From: the human T2T-CHM13v2.0 reference genome, Homo sapiens
Reading direction: 5' to 3' (one strand)
Assembly (NCBI RefSeq): GCF_009914755.1
Contig: NC_060926.1
Length of the DNA: 64,000 nt
A program made the position numbers and the translations under genes. The notes under the pieces were generated by a model that was not told the DNA's origin, made no database searches, and saw only the letters and a program-made list of their open reading frames with translations. Shown piece by piece: positions 25,685 through 39,140 of the stretch. Position 1 is the first letter of the stretch; the number at the start of each line of letters is the position of its first letter.

Positions 25685-26887
25685 TTAATCATACTTAACC
25701 TTTAAACAAAAGATTTTCCTGGATGCCAGGCTCTTTTGCATGGGTAATCTCATTTAACAGGTACGTGAAGTGAGCTCTATTATTATCTTCCTTTTATATG
25801 GGAAGAGGCTGAAGAGAGCAGCTGGGTAACTTGCTCAAGGTCAAACAGACGCTAACCCCACCTCAGCTGACTGCTGAGGCTGCACCCTTAGCCAACCGGC
25901 AGCGCTGCCTCTGCTGTGGCCCCTGAGCCTGCGGTTTCACGTGGGGGTGGCTGTGAAGAAGGCTGTGTCTGTGTGGTGAGGAGGACCAAGCACGGCTGGT
26001 CTGGTAGTGTTGTTTTGTCAGCTGAAACGCCAACACACAGTGAGTAGATATTGAGTCTGGCGTCCTCCCTGCAACTCTCCAAGTGGCTGTGGTTTCCCAC
26101 AGCAGCCCGCGGCCCAGGGTGAAGTCATGGGGAGAAAGTGGGCACGATGAGAGTCCCAGGGAGACAGGAACACTGGGAATTTCACCTCGACATTGAGCTT
26201 GGGTGGAGAAGGAGTGCAAAAGGCAGGGACCAGCTCACAAGAAGGGCCCAGTGTGGGTGGTTAGAGGCAATGTGGGTATAAGCAGGGCCTGTGGATTCAG
26301 GCAGCCCTAGGATGGGGTCCCTGATCCATTGTCTATTATCTGTGTGACCTCAGAGAAGTTGCCTAAATTCTCTGAGCCTCAGTTTCCCTCAGCTATCCTC
26401 ACTTCACGGTGCTGTTGTGAAGACTCAGAAAAAACCTAAGGCCAGTGTTTCACCCAGAGGAAGGGCAGCCAACACCCACAAATGGCTGGTGTGGCTGACT
26501 TGAGGAGGGCCAAGGAGTAGGAAAGAAAATGGAATATTGGTGACTTCAAGGAATTTATAGGCAAAAGGTTACACAAGAAAGTGGCCTTAGTGTATTTATA
26601 ACAAAAGCAGATTGGATTAAGGCGAAGACTTGGAGCTGGCAGAGAGTAAACAGAGAGCTTTCATGGAGAAACGGAGTCCTGAGAAGGATTGTGAAGAAGA
26701 GCAGGAAGGACTGGAACAGATGAGGCCCACAAAGGCCCAAAACCCTGAGGGCCCTGAGCCCTCCACCAGCAGCAGCAGGTCCTGGGGAAGCTCATTCCCC
26801 TCTGGGGATTGCACTAGACATCTTCTGAGATGGCCAAGCTCCTCCTTCCCTCTTCCTTCTCCACAAATCACAGCGTACCCCATGCCC

Positions 26888-26888
<1 letters not shown>

Positions 26889-26930
<42 letters not shown>
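26889..26930. repeat. (AC)21 perfect microsatellite
   Basis: read directly. Confidence 0.95.
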
Positions 26931-26932
<2 letters not shown>

Positions 26933-28771
26933 CATTTTTTGTTTGAAGAATCACCAAACCTGGGTTTTCCCTGGGAAGGGCCTGTCAGTCAAGAAGTGTG
27001 TTACCCAGAGCTAATGAGTAACTCAAGAGAGATCAAAAGATAGAAGTGATGCCTTTTATTAAGCTCACAGATTTATTATAAGTGAGCCGGCAGGACCACA
27101 CAGGTCTCCCGTCCCAGTGCAGGAAAACTGAGTGTGTGTGTGTGGTCTGGAGCAGTCGAAAGGCAGCGAGACGGCGGGTGTGAGCCTAATAAAGGCTATA
27201 ATTGGCACCTCTTTTCCAGCAAAACCCACCGGCCACCTTCTCCCCACTGCTAGGCTCTCTCCTTGCAGGGAGGAGTGTAGAAGGGGAGGCTCCGCCCAGA
27301 GGAGGAGCCCAGGAGTGGGCAGGGGATGGTCATCCAGGTACAGCCTCCAACCCCAGCCCTCCAGCTGAAGCCCCAGTGGCTCCGAGTGTAAGTCAGCAGG
27401 GGAGAGGGCACTTCTTCCTGCGAGACTATCCGATGGGGTGGTCAGGAGGTGTGTTTTTGCAGACATCCAGGCTGGTCACAGGCATCCAGTGACATGCACC
27501 TTTCTCAGCACAGAGGACCAGGGAGACTGAGTCATTTCCATAAACTGGTGTCGGGTTCATATCAGTGTTAATATTTTATTATAATAAATATTGTAAACAC
27601 TTGTTGCAGTAGCAACAAAAATATTTTAAAAAGCTAGAACTGTGAGCTTCAATTCCTGCAATCCCCAAATTCCAAAAGAAAGACTGTGGTGGTGTGTGTC
27701 TGTGTGTGAGACCCTCTCTCTGCGGAACATTGGTGGACAAGCAGCTGGCATTGCTCTGGGACTTTTACAAGATGAGCTCAGCATTTGCTGGACATCTATT
27801 CTGCTTTGGCCAAAACATGACGGTGGACTTCCATCTCTGAGGATGACTCCTACAAAGCCAGCCATATAAAATGAGGCTCTTTCTTTATAAAACATGGGTG
27901 TCCTTGGCCAGTTCAAACACCTTAAGGCCTCAGTTTTTAATCTGTATGAGAAGTTAGAGCCACCCTAAACTTGAGGCCTTTTTCAGCTCTGAGACTGAAT
28001 TTGGGCCTTACAAGCAAGGCTCATGTGTAACTCCAAGGCCCAATTCCTGGTCCCAGTGCCCCTCCACTTTCCATCACAACCACAGCCCCTATTTCCCACA
28101 GTCCTTCAAGCCCTCCCCTGCAGCCTCTCACCTCCTCCTATCCTGCCTTGTTTCCAACCATCTTCCCATCTGCACAGCACCCCCCAACCCACCCGCACAC
28201 ATTATAGCCTGGCTAATTCTGCCCTGGCAAACCCACAAGCCTGATAATTCCCCCCAACATTCCTTGGCAGTCTCCCCCTTCTTCTTGGCAGGGATTTAAG
28301 AGCCAAGAGCAGCCATGAGCTCATGTCCTGCTCTGGCTTTGTTACTTCTAGAAAGCCAGCTTCATTTATTAATAGCTATTAATTATTGCTACAAGTAATT
28401 GAACCTAAGTTGAACATTCTGAGACTGCCTTAAAAAAATTATCTTCCTTTTATAAGGTTTTGCTTTGAATGCTTTTTAAAACTACTTGCTCTGCTTTAAG
28501 ATTTTACTCCTATATCAAAAAAAAATTGTGGGATTATGAGAGCTCTCTTCTGTGAACACAATGGTGCTCAAAGTAAGTTTTAACAGATTGACAGGAGATT
28601 CGGAGAGTCTCAGATATAGAAGGCATGAAGAACACTAAAATTAACTGGGCACTTCATATTTGTGAGCTCATTAAACATGAGAACGATTGACCACTAGTAT
28701 TTCGTTTCACCATCAAAGGGACCAAAGCTTCCAGAAGTGAAGTCCTATAGCCAACGGGAGAATTGGGTTTG

Positions 28772-31295
28772 GGTTGGGTATGGTGGTTCACACCTGTAAT
28801 CCCAGCACTTTGGGAGGCCAAGGTGGTAGGACAGTGATATGGTTTGGCTCTGTGTCCCCACCCAAATCTCATCTTGTAGCTCCATTCCCACGTGTTGTGG
28901 GAGGGACCCAAAGGGAGATAATTGAATCATGGGGGCAGTTTCCCCCATACTGTTCTCGTGGTGGTAATAAATCTCACAAGATCTGATGGTTTTATAAGGG
29001 GTTTCCACTTTCCCTTCTCTCTCATTCTCTCTTGCCTTTGCCATGTAAGAAGTGCCTTTTGCCTTCCACCATGATTGTGAGGCCTCCCCAGCCACGTGGA
29101 ACTGTAGGTCCATTAAACCTATTTTTCTTCCCAGTCTCAGGTATGTCTTTATCAGCAGTGTGAAAATGGACTGATACGGTAAATTGGTACCAGTAGAGTG
29201 GGGCACTGTTGAAAAGATACCCGAAAATGTGGAAGCGACTTTGGAATTGGGTAACAGGCAGAGGGTGGAACAGTTTGGATGGCTCAGAACAAGAGAGAAA
29301 AATGTAGGAAAGTTTGGAACTTCCTAGAGACTTGTTGAATGGCTTTGACCAAAATGTGGATAATGATATGGACAATGAAATGCAGGCAGAGGTGGTCTCA
29401 GATGGAGATGAGAAACTTGTTGGGAACTGGAGTAAAGGTGACTCTTGCTATGTTTTAGCAAAGCGATTGGTAGCATTTTACCCCTGCCCTAGAGATCTGT
29501 AGAACTTTGAACTTGAGATAGATGATTTAGGGTATCAGGCAGGAAAAATTTCTAAGAACCAAGCATTCAAGAGGTGACTTGGGTGCTGTTTAAAGCATTC
29601 GGTTTTAAAAGGGAAACAGCATAAAAGTTTGGAAAATTTACAGCATGACAATGGGATAGAAAAGAAAAACCCATTTTCTGAGGAGAAATTCAAGCCAGCT
29701 GCAGAAATTTGCATAAGTAACAAGCAGCCAAATGTTAATTGCCAAGGCAATGGGGAAAATGTCTCTAGGCCATGTCAGAGACCTTTGAGGCAACCCCTCC
29801 CCATCACAGGCCTGGAGGCCTACAAGGAAAAAATGGTTTTGTGGGCTGGGCTCAGGGTCCCCCTGCTGTGTGCAGCCTAGGGACTTGGTGCCCTGCATCC
29901 CAGCCACTCCAGCCATGGCTAAAAGGGGCCAAGGTACAGCTTGGACCATGGCTTCAGAGGGTGCAAGTGCCAAACCCATGGCACTGAGCCTTCAGGTACA
30001 CAGAAGTCAAGAATTGAGGTTTGGAAACTTCTGCCTAAATTTCAGAGCATGTATGGAAATGCCTGGATGTCCAGGCAGAAGTTTACTGTGGGGGTTGGGT
30101 GCTCACTGAGAACCTCTGCTATGGCAGTATGGAAGGGAAACGTGGAGTCAGAGCCCCTACACAGAGTCCCCACTGGGGTCCTGCCTAGTGGATCTGTGAG
30201 AAGAGGGCCACCATCCTCCAGACCCCAGAATGGTATATCCACTGACAGCTTGCACCGTGCACCTGAAAGAGCTGCAGACACTCAAAGCCAGCCTGTGAAA
30301 GCAGCTGGGAGGGAGGCTGTACCCTGCAAAGCCACAGAGGTGGAGCTGTCCAAGATCATGGGAACCAATCTCTTGCATCAGTGTGACTTGGATGTGAGAC
30401 ACGGAGTCAAAGGAGATCATTTTGGAGCTTTAAGGTTTGACTGTCCTGCTGGATTTTGGACTTGCATGGGGCCTGTAGCCCCTTTGTTTTGGCCAATTTA
30501 TCCCACTTGGAATGGCTATATTTACCCAGAGCCTGTACCCCCATTGTATCTAGGAAGTAACTAACTTGCTTTTGATTTAACAGGCTCATAGGTAGAAGGG
30601 ACTTGCCTTGTCTCAGATGAGACTTTGGACTGTGAACTTTTGAGTTAATGCTGAAATGAGTTAAGATTTTGGAGAACTATTGGGAAGGCATGATTGGTTT
30701 TGAAATGTGAAGACATGAGATTTGGGAGTGGCCAGGGGCAGAATGATATGGTTTGGCTCCGTGTCCCCACCCAAATCTCATCTTGTAGCTCCCGTGGGAG
30801 GGACCCGGTGTGAGATAATTGAATCACAGGACTGTTTCCCTCATACTGTTCTTGTGGTAGTGAGTAAGTCTCACAAGATCTGATGGTTTTATAAGGGGTT
30901 TCCGCTTTCACTTCTCTCTCATTCTCTTTTGCCACCACCATGTAAGAAGTGCCTTTCACCTTCTGCCAAGATTGTGAGGCTTCCCCAGCCACATGGAACT
31001 GTAAGTCCATTAAACCTATTTTTCTTCCCAGTCTCAGATATGTCTTTTTCAGCAGCATAGAAATGGATTAATACAGATGGCTGAGGCCAGGAGTTCAAGA
31101 CTGAGTAACACAGCAAGGCCCTGTCTCTACAAAAAATTTTTAAAATTAGCTGGGCATGGTGACCTGAGCCTGTAATCCTAGCGACTCTGGAGGCTGAGGC
31201 AGGAGGATCACCAGGAGTTTGAGGCTGTAGTGAACTATGATCATGCCACTGGACTCCAGGCTGGGTGGCAGAGTAAAATTCTGTCTCAAAAATAA

Positions 31296-31334
<39 letters not shown>

Positions 31335-31335
31335 A
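28772..31335 (+). mobile_element. AluJ split by THE1 (28772-28834 + 31076-31335), (TAAA)n tail
   Basis: Alu 5' ...gccaaggtggtaggacag resumes as gatggctgaggccaggagttcaagac after THE1. Confidence 0.9.
28835..31075 (+). mobile_element. full-length THE1 (THE1A/B-like) MaLR: 5'LTR 28835-29178, internal 29179-30743, 3'LTR 30744-31075
   Basis: Two ~340-bp direct repeats tgatatggtttggc...atac(g/a); internal starts gtaaattggtacc; PPT ggccaggggcagaa; ORFs 29314, 29629 and 29941 are pieces of the THE1-int ORF. Confidence 0.96.
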
Positions 31336-31620
31336 AGAGCTGGATTTGGACCCAGGTCTGTTTGACTCCAAACATGATGCCCACTGCCTTTATTTACTCA
31401 GGCTGAAGTTTCTGGAAATATAGTAAGTTCAAACGCATTAGCACACAATAAGTATGTGCAGTGAGGCCTTTCCTTTATTGCGAGTTACAGTATCTGACAT
31501 TTGTTTCATCCAAATGAAACAAAGTCATTGAAGTGAGATGAATGAAGATTTTCAGATCTTAGAGAAGCTTATTTAACATTTTGAGGAGGTAAGAAAAATA
31601 AAATACAGGCACTATAATTA

Positions 31621-32015
<395 letters not shown>

Positions 32016-32396
32016 TTATATACACACTAGAGTTGAATTTTAAAAGCCACTTTTTCTTGACAGGTCTTACCACCTCCATGTTTCTGTTTCTCCACCTATC
32101 CACCTATCCTGTTTCTTAAGGATCTTACTCTGTAGAAAGTTCTGGCTTTTCCTTAATCCTTCTGCTATGAAAATGGAATGTGTGGTTAAGGACCAATTTC
32201 TTGAATGCTAACACAAATGTAAGTATTTGTGAGAAGATAGGCAAGGTAAGCTAAGAGGGAATGTAAGAATACTTGTTACAGGATAAAGTTTAAATATTAT
32301 GGGGTGAAAGGTGGGGTAGGGGAGAGAAGGCAGGAAGGGGGAAGGGAGTCTTAGAAGCTCCTTTTGATGGTTTTCACTCCTCTCCTTACTTTAGGT

Positions 32397-33116
32397 CAGG
32401 AGTCAGCAAACTTTAGCCCATGGGCCAAATCTGCCCCACCACCTGTTTTTGTATAGTGTGTGAACCAAGAATGCTTTGTGCATTTTTTAATAGTTGAAAA
32501 AATCAAAAGAAGACTTTGTGACACATGAAAATTATACAAAATTCAAATTTCAATATTCCTCAATACAGTGTTATTGAAACACGGCTACGTTCATCTGTTT
32601 GCGTATTGTCTGTCTGCTTTTGCTGCAGCAGAGTTAGTTCGTTGTGATGGAGATTGATATGGTTTGGATTTGTGTCCCCGCCCAAATCTTGTGTCAAATT
32701 GTAATCCCCAGTGTTGAAGGCAGGGCCTGGTGGAAGAGGATTGGATCATGGCGGTAGATTTTCCCCTTTGGTGCTGTTCCCGTGATAGAGTTCTCACAAG
32801 ATCTGGTTGTTTAAAAGTGTGTGGCACTGCCCTCCTCGCTCCCTCTTCCTCCTACTCCGGCTAAGTAAGACGTGCCTGCTTCCCCTTCACTTTCTGCCAT
32901 AACTGAAAGTTTCCTGAGGCCTCCCCAGAAAATGTCATGCTTCCTGTACAGCCTGTGGAACCATGAGTTCATTAAACCTTTTTTCTTTATAAATTACCCA
33001 GTCTCAGGTGTTTCTTTACAGTCATGTGAGAGTGGATTAATACAGAGACTACGTGGTCCATAAAGCCTAAAATATTTGCTATTTGGCCCTTCACAGAAAA
33101 AGTTCACTGACTCCTG
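32397..33116 (+). mobile_element. MER58B interrupted by MSTA
   Basis: TIRs caggagtcagcaaactt / aagttcactgactcctg; 8-bp TSD ctttaggt/ctctagat. Confidence 0.88.
32655..33044 (+). mobile_element. MSTA solo LTR
   Basis: tgatatggtttggatttgtgtcccc...ggattaataca; TSD gagat/gagac. Confidence 0.9.
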
Positions 33117-34281
33117 CTCTAGATAATCCCCTTTCCCAACCATGCGTTTCCCACTCCTCCACCACCCTCCTTAACCCATCAAGGAAGGAAAGAGGGAAGG
33201 CAGTTGTGTGGAGTTGTAGGTTGCAGCCAGAGTGAGTGACACGTGTGTGTTCAATTTGATACTGCTTAATTTCTTTCTTTATTTTTTAGTGTTCAATGAG
33301 CACATTTCAGTCATCTGGACATTTAGCTTTCTGTCTCAAGCACTTACTTTGATAGACACTGTGTTAATAAGGGCCACATTTGTCCCTCATTCAATATTGC
33401 CAGATAGGATTTTAGGCTCAGCTAGACACGTGAGTTAGAGGCTGAACAAAAAGTAGGGGGATAAACAATTATCAGGATAATCTAAGTCCCTGCCTCAGCT
33501 ATTTAAAGAAAAGAGAAGGTGGAGCCTGCATTCTCCACATCGATGGCACTCGCTGGGTGCCTGGGCCACCCTCTCGGGACTCTTCTGCAGTCAGTGCAGC
33601 CTTCTGGTTGGCAGTGATGGATGCTGCAATTAGATCTGCGTTGGGAGAAAACCCCCTTTCTTGTTAAAAAGTGGTGTGATTGGCACTGTCTTCAAAGGCT
33701 ACACTTCCGCTGTCTGCCTCATCCCCATGCTGACTAGGTGATATGGGGCACAGGGAGGTGGGTGTGGGGAGGGGGATGACTCATCCTGGTCCATTCACTT
33801 CATAAGGAAGAGTAGCTCACATGCCCTTCTCAGGCCCCACACTCTGAGGTGCTGTTCTGCAGCCTGGCTTGGTGGGTACAATTCCCGCTTGACACCCTGA
33901 GAGCCACATCTTTGCATGCACAGTGCTTGTCACTTCTCAAGCAGTTGGAGTTCCTTCTGAGAGCCAAATGACCTTGGCATTACAGGATGTCTTGCTCATC
34001 ACCTGTGAACCCCCTCTGCTGGGTTCTCTTTCTCCCCAACCTCCACAGATTGGTCATTCTCAAGTTTCACCCTCACTTCCACATATTTTTTCCTGGGAGA
34101 GTCACACATTCCCAGGAGGAAGTCAAATATGCCTTTTATACTGCTGACTCTGAAATCTATCTACTTAGTTCTGGCCTTTCTCTAGAGCAACCAATGTATA
34201 TTTCCAATGCATTTGTTCATTTCTCCCTAATTATTCACTGAGATCTTGTCCTGCTCCAGCATGTGTCCAGCAATGTGGATA

Positions 34282-34786
34282 TGGTGCAGGGCAGGTGAGC
34301 CCCAAACTGGGGCTTAGCCTGGGAGGGTTCTTTGCTTTGCCCAGGTAAGAATTCAAGGGTGAGCTGGAGGTTGAATAAAACAGCTTTATTGAAGCAGCGG
34401 TGTTACAGCTTTAGTGGTGTTACAGCTTCAGCAGCGTTATGGCCCTTGTGACTGCTCCTGCAGAGCAGGGCTAGCCCACAGGCAGACAGCAGTAGCTCAG
34501 GGCAGTTCTGCAGTCATATTTATACCTACTTTTAATTACATGCAGATTAAGGGGTAGTTTATGCAGAAATTTCTAGGAAAAGGGTAGTAACTTCTGGGTC
34601 ATCAGGTCATTGCCACAGAAAGGGGTGGCAACTCCCGGGTATTGCCATGGCAATGGTAAACTGACAGGGCACACTGGTGGGTGTGTCTTATGGAAAGCTG
34701 CTTCTGCCTTGGCCGTTTTAGCTAGTCCTCAATTTGGTTCCATGTCCAAGCCTCACCTCTGGAGTTGAGTCCCGCTTCCTACCTCA
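34282..34786 (-). mobile_element. ERV1 (MER4-group, MER66-like) solo LTR inserted in L2
   Basis: Minus starts tgaggtaggaagcgggactcaactcc...aaattgaggactagctaaaac; aataaa signal; 4-bp TSD gata/aata. Confidence 0.75.
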
Positions 34787-35043
34787 AATACAATGGTGCC
34801 CAGGAAGATATGAGTCCTGTCCTCAGAAAAGAGAGACAGAAATAATCGAATGATTCCATAAAGCTAATTCTCCACTGTGTTTAAATCCCCAGAGAAAGAT
34901 ACAAGTGCTATGAAAAGCACATCACAGGGGGACTTGATGTAATTCAGATGGAGGTTGGGGAATTTTGCCAAGGAAGGGGGAAAGTATTGTCAAATGCTGC
35001 TGGAGAGGCAGGCTACAGACAGATAATGTGAAGCCTTATTTTT

Positions 35044-36100
35044 TATCAGTTAATGTGCTTTTAGCTGCAAGTAACAGAAACCCAACTTAAGTTGGCTTAA
35101 GAAATAAGAAAATGTATCGTCTCATATGACTGCAAGTCCTAAGCACAAGCAGTCTGCAGAACTGGCTTAATCTAATATCTCCATATTAGTTATCTATTGC
35201 TGCATAGCAAATTACCTCCAAACTTGGCAGCTGAAAAAAATATACTTTTTCTTCACAGTTTCTCTGAGTCAAGAATCTTAAGAATTGCTTAGGTGGATGC
35301 CTCTAGCTCAAGATCTTTCAAGAGGTTGCAGCCAAATTATCAACCAGGGCTGTGGTCATCCCAAGACCTGACAAGCTGAAGGATCTGCTCCCAAGATCTG
35401 TTGCATGGATGTTGATAGGCTTTAGTTCCTCTCACACCATCACGCCGAGAGCCTGTTTTTCACCATTTGGGCCTCTCCATAAGGATGCTTGCAACATGGA
35501 AGCTTTGCTTCCCCAGTTGCAAGTGAGAAGAGAGTGAGAGGGAAGGACAGATAGAGAAAGAGAGAGGCAGAGAGGGAGTGAGAACCCAACACAGAAGGTG
35601 TTATCTTTTTATAACTTAATATCAGAAATAATATGCCATCACTTCCGCCCTACTCTATGCATTAGAAGAGAGTTCTTAGGTCCTGCCCACACTGAAGGAA
35701 GGAGATTATACAAGGGCATGAATACGAGGAGGCAGGGACCATGGGGCCATCTCAGAGGCTGCTGGCCACAGGCTCCATCTGTGCTTCTCTGATCTCTCTC
35801 ATCTCTCAACTCTGCCCCACTTCTGCTCATTCTTGTATATCAGGCTGGAAGCAAGATGGCTACAGGATTTAAGAGCTTTACCTCCATGCAAGACTATATC
35901 CTAAGGAAGAGTTCAAGATTGCATCCAAATGCTTTCCTAGAAAAATAAAGGAAGAACTTTCCCAGAAGTCTCCCCAGGCCTCCCTTCATGTCTCATCAGC
36001 CCACTAAGTCAGTTACTGGCAGAGGGATGAAATTGCCATTTGATGACTTGGGCCTGCCATGGGAGCAGGGGACGAGGCCAGCTGCCCCAAAAACATGGGT
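35044..36100 (-). mobile_element. old MLT1K/L-like LTR interrupted by an MLT1F-like LTR (35182-35770)
   Basis: gctgcaagtaacagaaacccaact...ggcttaa; nested attagttatctattgctgcatagcaaattacc...ggggccatctcagaggctg. Confidence 0.7.
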
Positions 36101-36139
36101 GGTGGGGTGACAGCATGGAGACCTATGGCAAATTCTGCC

Positions 36140-36737
36140 ACTGTCCCAACTGCTAATTCCATCCTGCAACCCCGTACACCTTCTTTCCTGCTAACAGAAC
36201 CACCAATTCTGCTAGGGTAGAGGACAGAGAAGATAGGCCCTTCCCTCTGTCCCAGGGAATGAATTGTGGTTGGATTAAGTCAGTGATGGCAATAACCTTT
36301 TCCCTTTCCCATATTTTTTCATTCCCAGGTGCTTTAGTGGTTGGAAGGTGCCATGTGGCACAGTCCTGCCCATGAGATTTAAGAAGTCTGCTGGGGAGCT
36401 TCTAGGAATATTTCTTTTGTTTGTGAAATGATACTGCACTTGAAGCAATGCCCCTTAACCACTCAGAGTCTTCCCCAGGCTTCTTATCTTTAAATGCAGC
36501 TGTGACATTTAGTGCTGCACCAACCCTCTTGCACCCAGGAGGTGACAGATTACTGAGGGCCAATGGCCAACATACTGGAGATGACAGCACAAGTAAAAGG
36601 CCTGGGCCTTTGACAGCATTGTCGAGCAGCAACACCAAACGTGAAACATAGATGAGATGATTGACAGTGTTTATTGCTTAAGCTGCTGTGAGTCGGGTAC
36701 TCTGTTGCTTGCATATGAACACGCCCTAACTGATAAC
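36140..36737 (+). mobile_element. MLT1K-like LTR
   Basis: cttctttcctgctaacagaacc...gaagtctgctggggagcttctagga...ctgttgcttgca...cctaactgata. Confidence 0.7.
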
Positions 36738-36799
36738 ATTTCTCATAGGAAGGAGGAAAAGGGTTATGCTTGCTGCTGGGCAGCCAAGAATATCCTTCA

Positions 36800-37040
36800 G
36801 AGTCATGTTAAGAATTCGGGTTTTTATTCTAAGAACAATCAGATTTGTGTTTTGAAAAGATCGCTGTAGGTACAGTATGGAAAATAGATGGCAGAGGAGC
36901 AACTGTGCATGTGCAGGAAAAGAGTAGGAGGTGATTATAATATTCAGGAAAGAGATAATAGATGCTGACTTGTCTAGGGTTGGTGGCAGTTGAAGGTAAG
37001 AACTTGAGACATAGAAGGTGAAAAGCAGGAGGTAAACAAT
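36800..37040 (-). mobile_element. L2 fragment
   Basis: tttattctaag...atcagatttgtgttttgaaaagatcgctg...gtctagggttggtggcagt. Confidence 0.6.
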
Positions 37041-37385
37041 TGCAGTGAGGGTCGGTGGGGAATGGTGAAGCAATGAAATAAGAACTATGTATTTAGGAAA
37101 ACACTCCTAACCTCGTGATAATGATTCAGTGTCTTCCTCTTTTGTGATAATTTTTGAGTTGGGTGGAAACATATATATTATCAAATCCTTTGTTTTTGAG
37201 GAGTTCTGTTTAGAAACTTTCAAAGAGTTTGTCTTATTTTGTTTCTGGCAAAGTATATAAGTGTCTTACAAGTGGTTTCCCCATGAATGTGTAAAGGAAC
37301 TAATTGAAAAGGTAAAATTGGGGGTGAATTCTTCCTTATTGTTTGATTCCTATGAATGTTGTCATGTTTATGTAACAAATTATAA

Positions 37386-37753
<368 letters not shown>

Positions 37754-38969
37754 TACTGTTGATTTTAAAAGTACTTGTATAGCATTAGGTGCTTACCCGT
37801 AAATGGAATAACGTTTTTGTAAATATCTCTGAATTGCCTCCAGAAGCTTCTAAGTCTTGCAGAATTGCTTAGATTTTAGGAGAAAGCAATAGAACTATGG
37901 AGGACTCAAGTCATCAAATTTGCCTTCTATGAACCAGCGCTGTAAGGATTGCATTTGCCTGCCTGGTTAATCCTTGAAGTGTAAGTTGAAGATGAACAGC
38001 TCAGTGATAGAGGCTTCAGGTTTTGGAGTCAGCCAGTTCTGGCTTCCAAGTCTGACTAATACTGACTAGTTGCATGATTTTGAGCTAGTTACTTAATGCC
38101 GCTGGACCTCAGAGAAGTTTCCTTGCTGTAACATTGGTGGTGCTGGTGGTGGTGGTGTATGTGTGTGTGTCGGGGTGGGGGGTCCTGACAGGGATTTCAG
38201 GGAAAAGAGTGTGTGGCAAGGTGCCTGAAGCCTGGTGACTGATACGATACCAGGCGCTCTATGAGTGTAGCTGATTATTAAAGTTCCTAATAAAATCACC
38301 ATGGGAACATCCCCTTATTAAATCTCATCTCCTCCAGGCTAAATGTGTTAAACATTTCATGTGGATAATTCAAAGAGTCTACTGTGTTTATACTAGGTTT
38401 TCTTAGACTTCAGAGCAGAAGTGAGTTTGGCAGTTCTTTCCTCTGCTCCTGGGAGACACAGCACCCTTCCATGCATGAGGAAGTGTGTGGGCACAAGACT
38501 TGCCCAGGGGTCCCTCTGGCTGAGGTAGGCAGACCATGGGTGTATCTGGGACTTTACCACCAACTGCACTGCCGTGTTCCCCTAGCAGGCACTGATGGGG
38601 GTCCCATGGCCCCTGGCAGGGCCTCCAAAAGAGCTGGAGCTGAAGCTGGATAGGGGGTGAGGAGGATCAGGGATTCAGGGAGTCTGTTGGCAGGACACCC
38701 CCAGGACCCTTCCCCAGTGGCCCTGGGCATCTTCCTTTGCTCTTTCAACGAGGCCTCATCCTCGGTCCTCCCCTTTGCCTCTGTCACCTGTTGCTTCTGA
38801 CAGGTTTTCTCTCCTCCTGTGTTACTGCAGAACAGAAGGCAGGGGGCATTAAAGGATGGCCCGAGCACGGTGCTCTGAAGCCAAACCCCACTCCTTTGAG
38901 AGCTTCTAAGGCTTGTTGTGGCCAGTTACAAAAATGATAGTTCTGTGAGTGAAAAGCCCCAGCCTTCTC

Positions 38970-39140
38970 ATTTCCTTCCTCCCTCCCTTCCCTCCCTCCC
39001 TTCCCTCCCTCGTCTCCCTCCCCTCCCCTCCCCTTCCTTCCCCTTCCCTCCCCTCCCCTCCCCTCATCTTCCTTCCTTCCTTCCTTCCTTCCTTCCTTCC
39101 TTCCTTCCTTCCTTCCTCTCTCTTTCTTTTTCCTCTTTTC
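38970..39140. repeat. polypyrimidine tract with (TTCC)12 at 39069-39116
   Basis: read directly. Confidence 0.95.

Noticed and set aside
25861-25925. Palindrome ggcagcgctgcc, hairpin cctcagc-tgact-gctgagg and a CTCF-like cagcagaggcagc
   Set aside because: Short, imperfect match to the CTCF consensus; expected by chance in 64 kb.
29941-30564. 207-aa ORF as a host gene
   Set aside because: Lies within THE1 internal sequence; upstream parts are broken by stops and frameshifts.
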